Source of the DNA: an uncultured Methanosarcinaceae archaeon
GTDB lineage: Archaea > Halobacteriota > Methanosarcinia > Methanosarcinales > Methanosarcinaceae
DNA: 64,000 nucleotides
Direction: 5' to 3'
NCBI GenBank assembly: GCA_963727895.1
Contig: CAVSHT010000004.1
Coordinates: 288,001-352,000, forward strand
The notes beneath the pieces were generated by a model. It saw only the letters and a list, made by a program, of their open reading frames with translations, had not been told where the DNA came from and did no database searches. Below are positions 45,660 through 57,261 of the stretch, piece after piece (the stretch's first letter is position 1; each line of letters begins with the position of its first letter). Made by a program: the position numbers and the translations under genes.

Positions 45660-46063
45660 GACTGTCTTATAATTCCCCAGTAAAAATTAACATTCAATTC
45701 TTTATAATTTCAAGTCATTTTTTTATTTTGATTTGTTTATTATTTTTTTAGACTTGATAATAGAAGAAATTGAAAACAATCCATCATATAAAGGAAATCT
45801 GTTCATCCAGTTTTAATTGATGAGGACTTTTCAGGACTTTTCACATCAAGTGCTTTTACTTTTCCTAATTTATTCCAAGAAATGTTTTTTCATAGGTATT
45901 GGGTAGTTTGAATATCCAAGTTCTGTAGATAAAGTTTTTCATGCTTAACGCATGTGCTAAAGACTCATGAGGGTTTATACAGAGCCTTTTTTAGAGTTAT
46001 TTTTACATTGCCTCTTATAGCGCAATTAAGAGTAAATTAATAAAAAGAAAATAGACCTCACAG

Positions 46064-46768
46064 TCAAGATAAATCCGAAACGACAACTTTTCTCCCAAAC
46101 ATCACTGCAAAATGATAGAATTTATATACACAGCTAACATCACAAAAACCTGCTTCTTTAAGCCAGTTCATTTGTTGGTCTAATGTTGATTCTTTATCAA
46201 GCTTAATTCTTTCATAACCAGCAAGGATTTCTTCTTTAGGCAGGCCACTGTTTTCTATATAATGTCTCCATATATTTTTGTTAAGGGTTTCTATAAAAGG
46301 AGTTTCTCCATATACCTGATCAGCATTAATAAAAATCCCATTTTTTTTGAGTAAAGAATAACTTTTTTTGTAAATTCTCTTTTTTTCTTCATCTTCTAGA
46401 TGATGGATAGATAAGGCTGAAACTACCAGGTCATATTTTTCAACAAAAGAATATTTTGAATAATCGGCTACAATATATTTTACATTTGATTTCCCCTTAA
46501 ACCGGGATTTTGCTATATCCAACATCTTTTCCGATATATCAATAAGGGTAAATGAAGCATCTGGATATCTTTCCATAAGAAATGCTGATAAAAGTCCTGT
46601 TCCAGCTCCTATATCCAGTATTTTTGGATTTTCCGTATCTATGGATGCTGTGGATACTGATACTCCATAAAAATCATCGAAACAAGGAATAAACTTCTTT
46701 CTCTGCCCATCGTATTTTTGTGAAATATCATCAAATTTTCGTTGGATTTCGTTCATATTTTTCCCCAA
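46064..46768 (-). CDS. Class I SAM-dependent methyltransferase
   Basis: ILDIGAGTG, YDLVVSALSIHHL, FINADQ. Confidence 0.9.
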   Translation of the reverse strand: MGKNMNEIQRKFDDISQKYDGQRKKFIPCFDDFYGVSVSTASIDTENPKILDIGAGTGLLSAFLMERYPDASFTLIDISEKMLDIAKSRFKGKSNVKYIVADYSKYSFVEKYDLVVSALSIHHLEDEEKKRIYKKSYSLLKKNGIFINADQVYGETPFIETLNKNIWRHYIENSGLPKEEILAGYERIKLDKESTLDQQMNWLKEAGFCDVSCVYKFYHFAVMFGRKVVVSDLS

Positions 46769-47104
46769 AGTTTTGCATATTTATTTTTAACCATCATGTT
46801 GCCAGAAATTCTAAAACTTATTTAATACAGGTGAAATAATACCTATATTCATAACATAATAATAGTTCGTATTTATCTATAGTTACTCAATGAATCGGAA
46901 ACTCTTAATAAATTTATTTAAACTTTCAAATGAGTATTTCTAGCGACAAAGATATAACAAAAAAGTGAGTCTATAAAACTAGAATTTTTTGAAATTTTAT
47001 CTTTTGATCTTCCTAGTAATACTAAAGACCGAAATATCTAAATATTAATTTCTGCGCTGTCACAGAACAATTTAAACTCTTTAATTAAATAAACTGGTTC
47101 AGAT

Positions 47105-47911
47105 ATGAATTCAACAAATTCAGACTTTTTGAAATTATCTAGGGAGGCTTTTAAAGCCGCGTCAGATTCTATATGTGATCTCGCAGGTACTGATGCTGCA
47201 AGTAGTTTTATTTGTATGGGAGCTGATGGAACTCCTACTACCAAAATAGACCTTGCAGCAGAGGATGCTATTGTTGAAGTCCTAAAAGAAGACGGCAGGT
47301 CCATGAGAATTATCAGCGAGGAGCTCGGAGAACTTATTTTAGGAGATTCACCCGAGTTTTCTGTTGTTCTGGACCCACTTGACGGGACATATAATTCTTC
47401 TGTAGGGATTCCATTTTACAGTGTGTCTCTAGCCGTTTCTTCTCATGACCTCTCAGATCTCAGGTTCGGATATGTGAGTAACCTTGCATTACGCGAAGAA
47501 TACTATGCAGAAGCTGGAAAAGGAGCTTATCTTAACGGGAAAAAAATAAAAACTTCTGTTAATTCGGAACTGAAGAAACTATGTGTCAGTGTTTACGGCT
47601 ACAGGCAAAATGTAGAAAGAACCCGAAAAATAGCTAGTAGTGTCAGAAGAGTGAGGTTATTTGGGAGTGTAGCCCTTGAGCTTTGCTATGTAGCTTCAGG
47701 TAGGCTTGATGCTTTTGTAGATGTCAGAAATGCTTTGCGTGTGACCGATGTGGCAGCAGGACAGTTGATTCTGGCTGAAGCAGGAGGGCTTGTTACGGAT
47801 GGATACGGAAATTCTTTAAGACTTCCCGATAATGTTACTTCAAGAGTGGAAATGATCGCATCCAATGGACACGTACATAAAAAACTTTTAAAATTGCTCT
47901 CTGGGGGATAA
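47105..47911 (+). CDS. suhB: Bifunctional fructose-1,6-bisphosphatase/inositol monophosphatase
   Basis: GADGTPT..ID, SEE, LDPLDGT, DVAAG. Confidence 0.9.
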   Translation: MNSTNSDFLKLSREAFKAASDSICDLAGTDAASSFICMGADGTPTTKIDLAAEDAIVEVLKEDGRSMRIISEELGELILGDSPEFSVVLDPLDGTYNSSVGIPFYSVSLAVSSHDLSDLRFGYVSNLALREEYYAEAGKGAYLNGKKIKTSVNSELKKLCVSVYGYRQNVERTRKIASSVRRVRLFGSVALELCYVASGRLDAFVDVRNALRVTDVAAGQLILAEAGGLVTDGYGNSLRLPDNVTSRVEMIASNGHVHKKLLKLLSGG

Positions 47912-47912
47912 G

Positions 47913-48740
47913 TTGGCGATAAAGAAAATAGGAATAGCTGCGCGCTGCGACAGGCCTGAAGTAATTGAAAAGGTAAGAGAGATTCTTGCCCACTTCAGCT
48001 CGAAGGTTAAAATTTTTGTCGCCACACCCACGGCTGAGGTACTCGGAATAGAAGGCACTCCAGTTGAAAGAATGAGGGAAAAAGGAGTGGAACTTATCAT
48101 CAGTGTAGGAGGCGATGGCACAGTTCTCCGAAATATTGCTAAGATGAAAGATCCTCTTCCTATACTTGGAATCAACATGGGTACATTAGGCTTTCTTGTA
48201 GACGTTGAGCCCGAAAATGCTATTGAAACTATAGAAGAAGTGCTTTATGGTTTTTCGTACCTCGAGAGAATGCGAGTTGATGTCTTCCTTAATCGAGAAA
48301 TGATTGAAACCGCAACGAATGAGATTGCGATAATGTCTGCAAAGACAGCAAAGATAATCCAGTTTGAAGTTTATGTAGATGACTGTCTTCTCGACTCAAT
48401 ACGTGCGGATGGTGTCGTTTTTGCAACTCCTACAGGTTCTACTGCTTATGCAATGAGTGCAGGCGGTCCTATTATAAGCCCCAGAGTAAATGCAATAGTA
48501 GTTGTTCCTGTAGCTCCTTTTAAACTTTCCTCAAGGCCCTGGGTAATCCCCTCAGATAGCGAAATCACAATAAAGCTATCAGCTCCAAAAAAAGAGGCGG
48601 TTATTGCAATTGATGGACAGAAGTCTTACAGGATCAAGCCTGATGATATTGTCAAACTTAAAAAATCCAAATTTCCTGCCCGTTTTGTGAAGATCTCAGA
48701 TGCCTGTTTCTATGAAAGGGTGCAGAGAAAGCTTACTTGA
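47913..48740 (+). CDS. nadK: NAD kinase
   Basis: GGDGT, NE, DG...ATPTGSTAY..SAGGP. Confidence 0.93.
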   Translation: MAIKKIGIAARCDRPEVIEKVREILAHFSSKVKIFVATPTAEVLGIEGTPVERMREKGVELIISVGGDGTVLRNIAKMKDPLPILGINMGTLGFLVDVEPENAIETIEEVLYGFSYLERMRVDVFLNREMIETATNEIAIMSAKTAKIIQFEVYVDDCLLDSIRADGVVFATPTGSTAYAMSAGGPIISPRVNAIVVVPVAPFKLSSRPWVIPSDSEITIKLSAPKKEAVIAIDGQKSYRIKPDDIVKLKKSKFPARFVKISDACFYERVQRKLT

Positions 48741-48752
48741 GAAAAACTTTTA

Positions 48753-49681
48753 GGTTCCGTTGCAAAAAATTCAAAAAAATATGTAAATCTATGGCATTGT
48801 TAATTAAACATAGTTAACTCTTTATTTCTGTATTTCATCAATAGAATAACCGAGTACTTTAGCATTTCAAGACTTTTTGTATAACACTTTGTCTTTCTTC
48901 TCAATCTTGCTAGAAAATGCCTCAATATGCTGTTATATCCCTCAACTGTAAATGTTTCTGCTTTTGATTGAGTATGACTCTTTTCTGGAAGAAACTCTGC
49001 ATATGCTCTCCAGTGATCTGTCATTACTTCTCCAATCTCTTTTTTCTTCACTTTTTCCCAGAGTAGTTTTCCAGTTTCTGTTCCTCTGCTACCAAAAGAG
49101 CAGTTGATGAACTTTTTCCCAACTCTATCAACAGCAATCCAGATCCAGCAATATTTTTTTTGTTACCGATGTAAGTGTGCATTTCATCCATTTCAACAAT
49201 AGATATCTCATTTTCACTTTTTAGGTCCTCTAACTCCTGACCAAATTTCTTTATCCATCTTTGGACAGAAACATGACTCACCCCTAAAAATCGTCCTATT
49301 GAACGAAAGCCCAATCCTTCAAGATAGAGTTGTAAAGCCTGTCTTTTTACAAAAGCGGAAAAAGCAGTTGATTTTAGCTCTACTGTATAGTTATAGCCAC
49401 AATCAGAGCATTTGTACCGTTGACGCCCGCCAACTATACCGTTCTTTTTGTGACTGGAACTATTGCATCTGGGGCAGTTAATGAAGAAATATACTTTCTA
49501 ATAGTATATAACTATGTTTAAGTATCAAAGCCAAATCTATAAGTAATGAGTAGAAATCAAAATATTCAAAGAAAATATATCACTAGTAAAGAACTATTCT
49601 AAATAATTGATTAGTATATTTAGCTTCATTAAGAATAGAGTAATTAAAATTTTTTATTTGTCCTATTTTAATCATGTTCAT
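48753..49681 (-). mobile_element. Divergent IS6 relic (right end) interrupted by IS1
   Basis: GGTTCCGTTGCAAAAAAT at 48753; after removing IS1 the sequence aligns with the IS6 end and the transposase C-terminus. Confidence 0.8.
48793..49532 (-). mobile_element. IS1-family element, 740 bp, ATT start
   Basis: Terminal IRs; TSD AAATCTAT. Confidence 0.96.
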
Positions 49682-49895
49682 GTCCCTTTTGCATAACCCT
49701 TACGTCTTCCAATCCAATAGTCTGCCCACCTACTCCCCAGCTTCCGCTCTTTACTTCCTGAACTACTACCAATGTATAACTACGGAGACTTTCTCCTATA
49801 AACGAGACTATAACATCTGTTATGTCCTTGATGAGCTTCTCTTTCTCGTTAGTGGATAATACACCTTCAATGAGTTTGATATCAACTAATGGAAT
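49668..49895 (-). pseudogene. 4-oxalocrotonate tautomerase family gene with ATT start (not in ORF track)
   Basis: Open frame (I)PLVDIKLIEG..EKEKLIKDITD..VVVQEV..GSWGVGG; purine-rich site upstream. Confidence 0.8.
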
Positions 49896-50077
49896 TTTTT
49901 CTTCCCCCTAATCTACTAACCTATCTTTTTTTCTTGTTTTTATTTGCAAAATATTACAATGCTATCCATCTATAATCTTACAGCATCTTTTTTAAATCCC
50001 TAGCCCAAATGTTTATACACGAAAAATAAACAGTATAACAGAGTATAGATTCTGTTTTCCTCTTATGTTATTGCAAA

Positions 50078-50118
<41 letters not shown>

Positions 50119-50145
50119 TAACTAATATGAAAATTTAAAAAATAT

Positions 50146-50887
50146 GGCATTGTTACTTAACTATATTTAATTATTTATTTCTGTATTTCATCAATAGAAT
50201 AACCGAGTACTTTAGCATTTCAAGACTCTTCGTATAACACTTTGTCTCTTTCTTCTCAATCTTGCCAGAAAGTGCCTCAATATGCTGTTATATCCTTCAA
50301 CGGTATACGTTTCTGCTTTTGATTGAGTATGGATCTTTTTTGGAATAAACTCTGCATATGCTCTCCAGTGATAGGTCATCACTTCTCCAATCTCTTTTTT
50401 CTTCACTTTTTCCCAGAGTAGTTTTCCAGTTTCCGTTCCTCTGCTATCAAAAGAGCAGTTGATGAACTTTTTCCCAACTCTATCAATAGCAATCCAGATC
50501 CAGCAATATTTTTTTTGTTACCGATGTAAGTGTGCATCTCATCCATTTCAACAATAGATATCTCACTTTCACTTTTTAGGTCCTCTAACTCCTGACCAAA
50601 TTTCTTTATCCATCTTTGGACAGAAACATGACTAACCCCTAAAACTCTTCCTATTGAACGAAAGCCCAATCCTTCAAGGTAAAGTTGTAAAGCCTGTTTT
50701 TTAACAGAGGCGGAAAAAGCAGTTGATTTTAGCTCTACTGTATAGTTATATCCACAATCATGGCATTTGTAGCGTTGACGCCCGCCAACTATACCGTTCT
50801 TTTTGTGACTGGAACTATTGCATTTTGGGCAGTTCATGAAGAAATATATGTTATAAGCACATATATCTATTTTTGTTTACCAATGCC
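50146..50887 (-). mobile_element. IS1-family element, 742 bp, frameshifted insB
   Basis: Terminal IRs; TSD AAAAATAT; +2 insertion; TYHW. Confidence 0.96.
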
Positions 50888-51015
50888 AAAAATATAAGTA
50901 AGAATCAAATTCTTAAACTTTGCTAAGACTAAATTTTGGTAAAATGTGCTCTGAATTTATGCATAGGTTTTATCGTAAAATCTATTTCTTTATGGAATAC
51001 AAGATTTTATTCCAG

Positions 51016-51226
51016 TCGAATACCCAGCTAGCTTGCTGCGGGGATGGAAACTTCCCCGATAACCGTTGATGATAACATAATTTACCAATTCCATTTTTTG
51101 GTTGCTAACTTCTGCTCAAACTAAATTGTTTAGGGTTATTATTTCCTTTAACGGAGTTCGAGCGGTGGCGTGAATATAACCCCCCCATTGCTTGCAGCGG
51201 GGTGCGCCAGCACAACTTTGATTTTT
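51016..51226 (+). mobile_element. Palindrome-ended non-coding element (IS200/IS605-end-like)
   Basis: GC-rich imperfect hairpins CCCAGCTAGCTTGCTGCGGGG and CCCCATTGCTTGCAGCGGGG at both ends; tail shared with 13099 and 28773. Confidence 0.55.
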
Positions 51227-51550
51227 ACATATGACTTTTAACTGAAAATTTATTCGTGAAAACTGAAGTATCTAATTTAATTTTATATTTATTTTGATTT
51301 TCGATAAACCATTACCGGAAATTCAATTCCTCCTAGGAAAACATTTATACATATGAAGGTAAAGCTATGCTTAATTTTGACAAGATACAAGATTTTCTGA
51401 CTTTTAGGGATGTTTGAACCCATTATTTGCTTATCCAGCCTTTGAGTTATTTTTTAGACAGATTATCTATATATCATAAAAAATAATTATGAAATCTAAA
51501 TTTATCAGGAAATACCTCACAATAATTAAAAATCACAGGATGTAATTGTA

Positions 51551-52768
51551 ATGTCAGAGAGCGAGCAGTATTCCAGAAATGAACTTATGGATTTTATAGA
51601 ATATCGCCCCCTAGATATCGAACTCTGTGACGTGACTTTACGCGATGGAGAACAGACTCCTGGCGTTGTGTTCACGAAAGAACAGAAGCTGGCTATGGCC
51701 AGTGAACTTGATTCTATGGGTGTCGAGGTTATAGAAGCCGGATTTCCAGTAGTTTCTACAAATGAGAAGGAAACCGTTAAGGAAATTACAAATCAAGGCT
51801 TAAATTCAAGAATCTGCTGCCTCTCAAGAGCAGTAAAAGGAGATGTAGATGCTGCCCTTGAATGTGATGTTGATATTGTGAGTATCTTTATTGCAATGTC
51901 GGACATGCATCTCAAATACAAGTACCACCGAAGTTTTGAAGATATGCTCGACTGCGCCAAAGAAACTATTGAATATGCAACCGACCATGGCTTAAAAGTA
52001 CGTTTTGCAGCTGAAGACGCAAGCCGAACTCCAATCGACCGCCTTAAAAAAGCTTTCAAGGAAGCAGAAAATGAATATAAAGTGCAGTACGTAAGCCTTG
52101 CAGATACTATAGGTATTCTTAACCCTACAACGACTCACTATCTTGTTAGCGAAATATTCAAGGAAGTCAATACCTCAATCTGTATTCACTGCCATGACGA
52201 CCTTGGGATGGCTACTGCAAATACTCTTGCAGCCGCCGAAGCTGGAGCAAAACAGCTCCATATTACCGTTAATGCAATCGGAGAAAGGGCAGGAAATGCT
52301 TCCCTTGAAGAAGTAATGGTTGCACTAAGGGTTCAGTACGGAATAGACCGCTATGATACCACAAAACTGACAGCTCTTTCTAAAATGGTCTCGGAATATT
52401 CAGGCATCACACCTTCCATAAATAAAGCTGTTGTCGGACAAAATGCCTTTACCCATGAGTCCGGAATCCACGTCGCAGCAATCCTTGAAGAGCCGCGTAC
52501 CTATGAACTATTTCTCCCAGAAATGGTTGGCGGGAAACGCAACCTTGTTGTCGGAAAGCATACAGGCACAAAAGCTCTTAAAGGTATAATTAACAGCATA
52601 GGTTTCTGTCTTGAGCGAGAGGAACTCTGTTCCCTGATAGATAAAGTCAAGGTCTGCACCGAAGAAAAACATAAAAGCATCTCAAGAGAACAGCTTGAAA
52701 AGCTGATTACACAGGTCAGACAGGAAAAAAAGACTAATGAAAAAGGAGAAGAGAAGTTTTCTATTTGA
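51551..52768 (+). CDS. aksA: Homocitrate synthase/LeuA-family enzyme (AksA-like)
   Basis: [31 protein letters not shown]; no LeuA regulatory domain. Confidence 0.75.
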   Translation: MSESEQYSRNELMDFIEYRPLDIELCDVTLRDGEQTPGVVFTKEQKLAMASELDSMGVEVIEAGFPVVSTNEKETVKEITNQGLNSRICCLSRAVKGDVDAALECDVDIVSIFIAMSDMHLKYKYHRSFEDMLDCAKETIEYATDHGLKVRFAAEDASRTPIDRLKKAFKEAENEYKVQYVSLADTIGILNPTTTHYLVSEIFKEVNTSICIHCHDDLGMATANTLAAAEAGAKQLHITVNAIGERAGNASLEEVMVALRVQYGIDRYDTTKLTALSKMVSEYSGITPSINKAVVGQNAFTHESGIHVAAILEEPRTYELFLPEMVGGKRNLVVGKHTGTKALKGIINSIGFCLEREELCSLIDKVKVCTEEKHKSISREQLEKLITQVRQEKKTNEKGEEKFSI

Positions 52769-52936
52769 GAATCTTCTCTCCGTTTGAAAACTTTTGGTTT
52801 AGTTTTTTATTAATTTCCATTTTTTGCTATTGTTTATTATTTCTTTTAGATTATAATTTACTATTCCGTTCAGCAAAAATTAAGAAATGTATGTGGAAGT
52901 CCACTCTGGTCTATTAGGTGGGTTTGCCCCCAACAT

Positions 52937-53323
52937 TTATCTCCATTTTTCATCGGTCAGGCAGTCAGACATGGGCTGTTTGAACTCATAGTAACTCACA
53001 ACGGGCCCTGCTCCTAGAAGTATCCTGCCATCAGGAACTTTGTAAGCCACAATCACCATATCCACGTATCCTGTTCCTTCCTCAAGCACGGTTTCCGTGT
53101 TCCCATCGGTATGAACATCATCCACAACTGTGGTTTTGCTGGCTTTCTCATCAACGTCCCCTACAGTGCCTTCAAGCTGATCTCCTAAATTTTTGATAAA
53201 TTCGTACTCTTCATCGGTCAGTTTTTTATTTTCGAGTTCCTTTTCCAAAATTTTCTGAAGCCTGGAAAGTATATCCTCAAGGTTCTCAAGTCTTGACTTT
53301 GAAACCGAATCAAGCACTCCCAT
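52937..53323 (-). pseudogene. C-terminal fragment of a DUF3160-like protein, truncated by IS6
   Basis: DVHTD..VLEEGTG, GPV.SYYEF.QP..LTDE.W; 5' end abuts IS6. Confidence 0.7.
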
Positions 53324-53324
53324 T

Positions 53325-54181
53325 GGTTCCGTTGCAAAAAATATCTGCTAAGGATATAATTAAAATAAAAATGAAATCAAAGATAGTGATATGCTATCTA
53401 ATTCCTTTAAATGGAAGCACTTTGTAGGTGAAATTATTTTATTGAATGTTAGATGGTACTTAAAATACCCACTTAGTTATAGAAATTTAAAGGAAATGAT
53501 GGCAGAAAGAGGGATAATAGTCAACCATACAACCATTATGAGATGGGTACATCAATATTCACCTGAAATCGAAAAGAAGGTCAGAAGGCATTTAAGACCA
53601 ACAAACGACTCTTGGAGAGTTGATGAAACTTATATCAGAGTTAAAGGTGAATGGAAATATTTTTACCGAGCAGTTGACTCAAATGGAGATACAATTGATT
53701 TCATGTTAAGTGCAAAACGAAATAAAAAAGCAGCGAACAGATTCTTCAAAAAAGCTTTGAACTCTAATCATAATCAAATTCCAAGAGTAATCACAGTTGA
53801 CAAAAATCCAGCTTATCCACCTGCTATAGATAAACTGAAAAATGATAAAATACTACCTATAAACGTAGGCATTCGACAAATCAAATATTTGAATAACATT
53901 ATAGAACAGGATCATAGATCCATTAAACGAATAGTTAATCCAATGTTAGGATTTCAGTCTTTTCATACAGCCATTAAAACTTTAAAAGGAATTGAAGCTA
54001 TGAATATGATTAAAAAAGGACAAATCAAGAACTTAAATTACTCTGGCTTTAATGAAGCTAAATATATTAATCAATTATTTGGAATAGTTCTATAATATTG
54101 ACATATCTTTTTGAATATTTTAACTTTTATTCATTATTCATAGATTTACAGGCTTATTCTAAGATTTTTTGCAACGGAACC
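53325..54181 (+). mobile_element. IS6-family element, 857 bp, intact transposase (53391..54095)
   Basis: TIRs; near-identical to 43848-44704, inverted. Confidence 0.96.
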
Positions 54182-54547
54182 AAAGAAAGAATGTTTATTT
54201 ATAGAGAGGTCAAAACAATTAAAAATAAATACAAACAAGAGATGGATGAGAAACAAGTGAAAATAAATGCACTGAATAAAGAAAGAAAATGAATAAAATG
54301 TCGCTCATTAGTTTTTTGGAAAATTGTCAGAAATCGGATTGAGTGAGTTCCGAACAAAAATTGCAAGTTCCTTATAAAATGCTCATGATTTGCAATTCCA
54401 ATCCTCAAACCAAGGTTGCGACTCTTTTATAAAGACGATCTGCAATGTTTTTTTCTTGTATGATATTTATAAAATATGACATTTATAAAAATAAATATGT
54501 CTTTTGTGAATAATCATTGATCAATTATAATATTGATAATATTGGAT

Positions 54548-54772
54548 TTAATAACGGATTGGATTAGAACCATACCTTGTACCTTTTTTCGTTTCTTCTT
54601 CCACCTTTGTTTCGTGAGATACAGTTGAATCAGTTTGTTGTTCCTCTTTTACCTTTATTTTATGCCAACCGCACAAACTGCAACCTTTTTTGTAATGCAT
54701 AATATGTTTTACAACACAAGCAAATCCTATGGTTGCTAAGGTATAACCCACTACTTTAGTCAATTTATGCAC
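54548..54772 (-). CDS. Small hypothetical protein, N-terminal TM helix, His/Cys motif
   Basis: GGAG upstream of GTG; H..H...C..C..H. Confidence 0.5.
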   Translation of the reverse strand: MHKLTKVVGYTLATIGFACVVKHIMHYKKGCSLCGWHKIKVKEEQQTDSTVSHETKVEEETKKGTRYGSNPIRY

Positions 54773-55072
54773 AGTTACTCACTCCATACTATTATTGTAC
54801 TTTATCCTTTATGAAGCTAAGCAAATATATAGGTTTATCATAAGCCTAGTGTAGAAGAAAAAGAATAGTAAAAAGCAATCTCTATTCAAAAACAGATTTT
54901 TCTTTACTATACTGACGAGAAACCTACCCAACTTCATCCAAAAAAGCCTCTATGAAGTATAAATAAGTTTTTCTATTTGAGCCAATAGGGACACAAATAT
55001 CAGAATGAATTAAACCTTTATCCAAAACCATCTGTTTCATCTCAATCGGTTTAGAGATTATTCATTATCCCT

Positions 55073-55530
55073 TTAGATTTTCTCAATCTTTGTTGTTAAG
55101 TCCAATGGTTTTGCATAATAAGGAGCACTTATAACAATAATATCCACAAGCTGTGCGTATTCTGGGATTTTTTTCGCTTCAATTCCTCCTACGGCAATTT
55201 CAAGTTTTGGATTGAGTTGCTTAAGTTCAGGTCCGATCTTTCTCAATTCCTCAGGAGAAAAGTGGTCAAGAAGCATTATTTCTTCATCTTTTGCATATCT
55301 GAGAGCTTCTTCTCTTGATCTTGGCTCTATTTCTATTTTCTTTATGGACCGAAGTTTTCCTAATTTACCAACAACTTCAAGGTGATTCTGGCTGATCTGG
55401 ATGGAATCACTAAGGGAGTTTCTGTGGATTTCTCCTCCTACTGCCCGGACAGCTTTAATCTCAAATATTCTGGACCCAGGATGGGTTTTTCTGCTTGTTG
55501 CAATAATTATGTTAGTATTTTCTTTTCTTC
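55073..55530 (-). pseudogene. 5'-truncated ModD/NadC-like phosphoribosyltransferase
   Basis: Frame extends upstream of the listed ORF: ATSRKTHPG..KAV...GG..HR..LSDS...NH..EIE..LLD. Confidence 0.75.
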
Positions 55531-55668
55531 CTGAATAGCTGATTTAGAGTATGATCCTGAAAGACCTTATTGAGAAAGCAAATTAGAATAAAAACAATTT
55601 CAAGTATTCAAGCAACCTTTTTAATCGCTTATGGATTAATATAATTAGGTAATTTTTATAACTCTTTT

Positions 55669-56298
55669 TTATAGTTTTCCTACTTTTAGTTCTATGATAT
55701 AGGGATCATATGCCGCAGTTGAACTGCGTGAGCAGCGTGCAATATAATAGTCTGCAACAATACATGCTTGTTGCTCGCGGTTATATTCTCGAAAATGCTT
55801 TTTTTCACCTAGTCTGTATTTATATCCTTCACTTGCTTGGGCATAAAAAGCTTCAACCAGATATTGTGAACCTGTATTTTCCATCTGTGCTACATGAGTT
55901 AATTCATGTATTAGCCACTTCATGTCAGAATTGCCTGCAGCAGTATTAAGCTTTCTATTAAAATTGATTGTGTGAAAAGTAGTAATCCCCATACCTGAGT
56001 ACTTTTTTAGCTTTGCTACCATCCAGGCGATGAATGATGCTTCGTCAATGTGTACTTTCTGGTAATTTATTCTGTTTTCAAATATGCTTTTAGCTTCCTG
56101 TTGCTCAATTTCGGTAAAGTTTCGAGTATCAAACTTAATAATCTGCCACAAATAGTCCATTACCGCAGGAAATGCACAAATATCAAGAATTTTTGCAATA
56201 ACCAAACCAGTATTAAAAGCAAGGGATAATAAATTATATCGCATAAATTCGTAGGAATTCTCGTATCGCTGACATATTAGAGTTTTGACGGCTTTCAA
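55669..56298 (-). CDS. HExxH zincin-like protein (DUF4157-like), possibly 5'-truncated
   Basis: LIHELTHVAQ and NREQQA motifs. Confidence 0.6.
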   Translation of the reverse strand: MKAVKTLICQRYENSYEFMRYNLLSLAFNTGLVIAKILDICAFPAVMDYLWQIIKFDTRNFTEIEQQEAKSIFENRINYQKVHIDEASFIAWMVAKLKKYSGMGITTFHTINFNRKLNTAAGNSDMKWLIHELTHVAQMENTGSQYLVEAFYAQASEGYKYRLGEKKHFREYNREQQACIVADYYIARCSRSSTAAYDPYIIELKVGKL

Positions 56299-56933
56299 AC
56301 AATCACCATATGTAAATTAATTTTTTGCAAACGTCAACCCTCTTGGTTTCTAGAACTTTTAACTCAATAAATTATAGTTTGATATATGGATTGAATATTT
56401 CTATTCAGTTTTTACAAATGATAATGACCTTGATGTTCTATTTAATTTATTTTTAAGTATTATTTCCATGTATTTAATTGTTTGAATAAACCTGACAGGT
56501 AATTTTCTTTCGTTTGTATTCCATATAAATTCTATAGGATTTTAGATCTAGTGAATGGCAGAAGAAATATGAGCATAATTCCTAATTCTTTTGTTTTTAT
56601 TTTGTTTTGTCTGCTGTATTTGCTTTGATTAAGGAGTTCATCTCATCAGGACTTAACTTCCTATCAATAGCATTTGTTATTTCTTTATTATATTAAAGAA
56701 CACAATAGTTAGTCTGTGTAATAGGTTGCGTCAAGAAAAATAGACATAGAAAAATGAATAAAGACTCTTAATATCCATATCAAAATCAGTTTTATATGTA
56801 GATTCAACTCAAATATATAACAAATTTATAAAGAGAAATTTAAAAATAAAATATAAAAAAAATTGTTGTTAAATAGAAGTAATAAAGTTTATATAAAAAT
56901 AACTGTTTACGTTTTTGTTGGAAACAAAACTAA

Positions 56934-57224
56934 GAGCTTGTCTTAAAATTAAACTTGTTTCTATGATTGGGATAAAGCTTATGCATATTATGCATTGAGC
57001 TAAAAACGTTTTTATTGAATTTTTTAACAGTTTAAGTGGTAATTTTAATCAATAATAGTTATTTCACTGGATTTTAGACTTCAAATACATAAGTCTATGG
57101 AATAAAATAATATATTTCAAGTCGCAGAATATCTAAATCGTTGAAATTATTCACAGTATAAATTTTAAAGTTAATGTTGTTCATTATCCAATTATATGAA
57201 TAATTTGGATTTTAAGATAGACTC
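56934..57224. mobile_element. MITE-like element, 291 bp
   Basis: TIR GAGCTTGTCTTAAAAT / ATTTTAAGATAGACTC. Confidence 0.6.
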
Positions 57225-57261
57225 TTAATATAAAAACATTATCAGAGAAGTGATCGGCTAA

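Noticed and set aside
45781..45986. Possible IS end (TATACAGAGCC)
   Set aside because: No partner IR or transposase frame could be found
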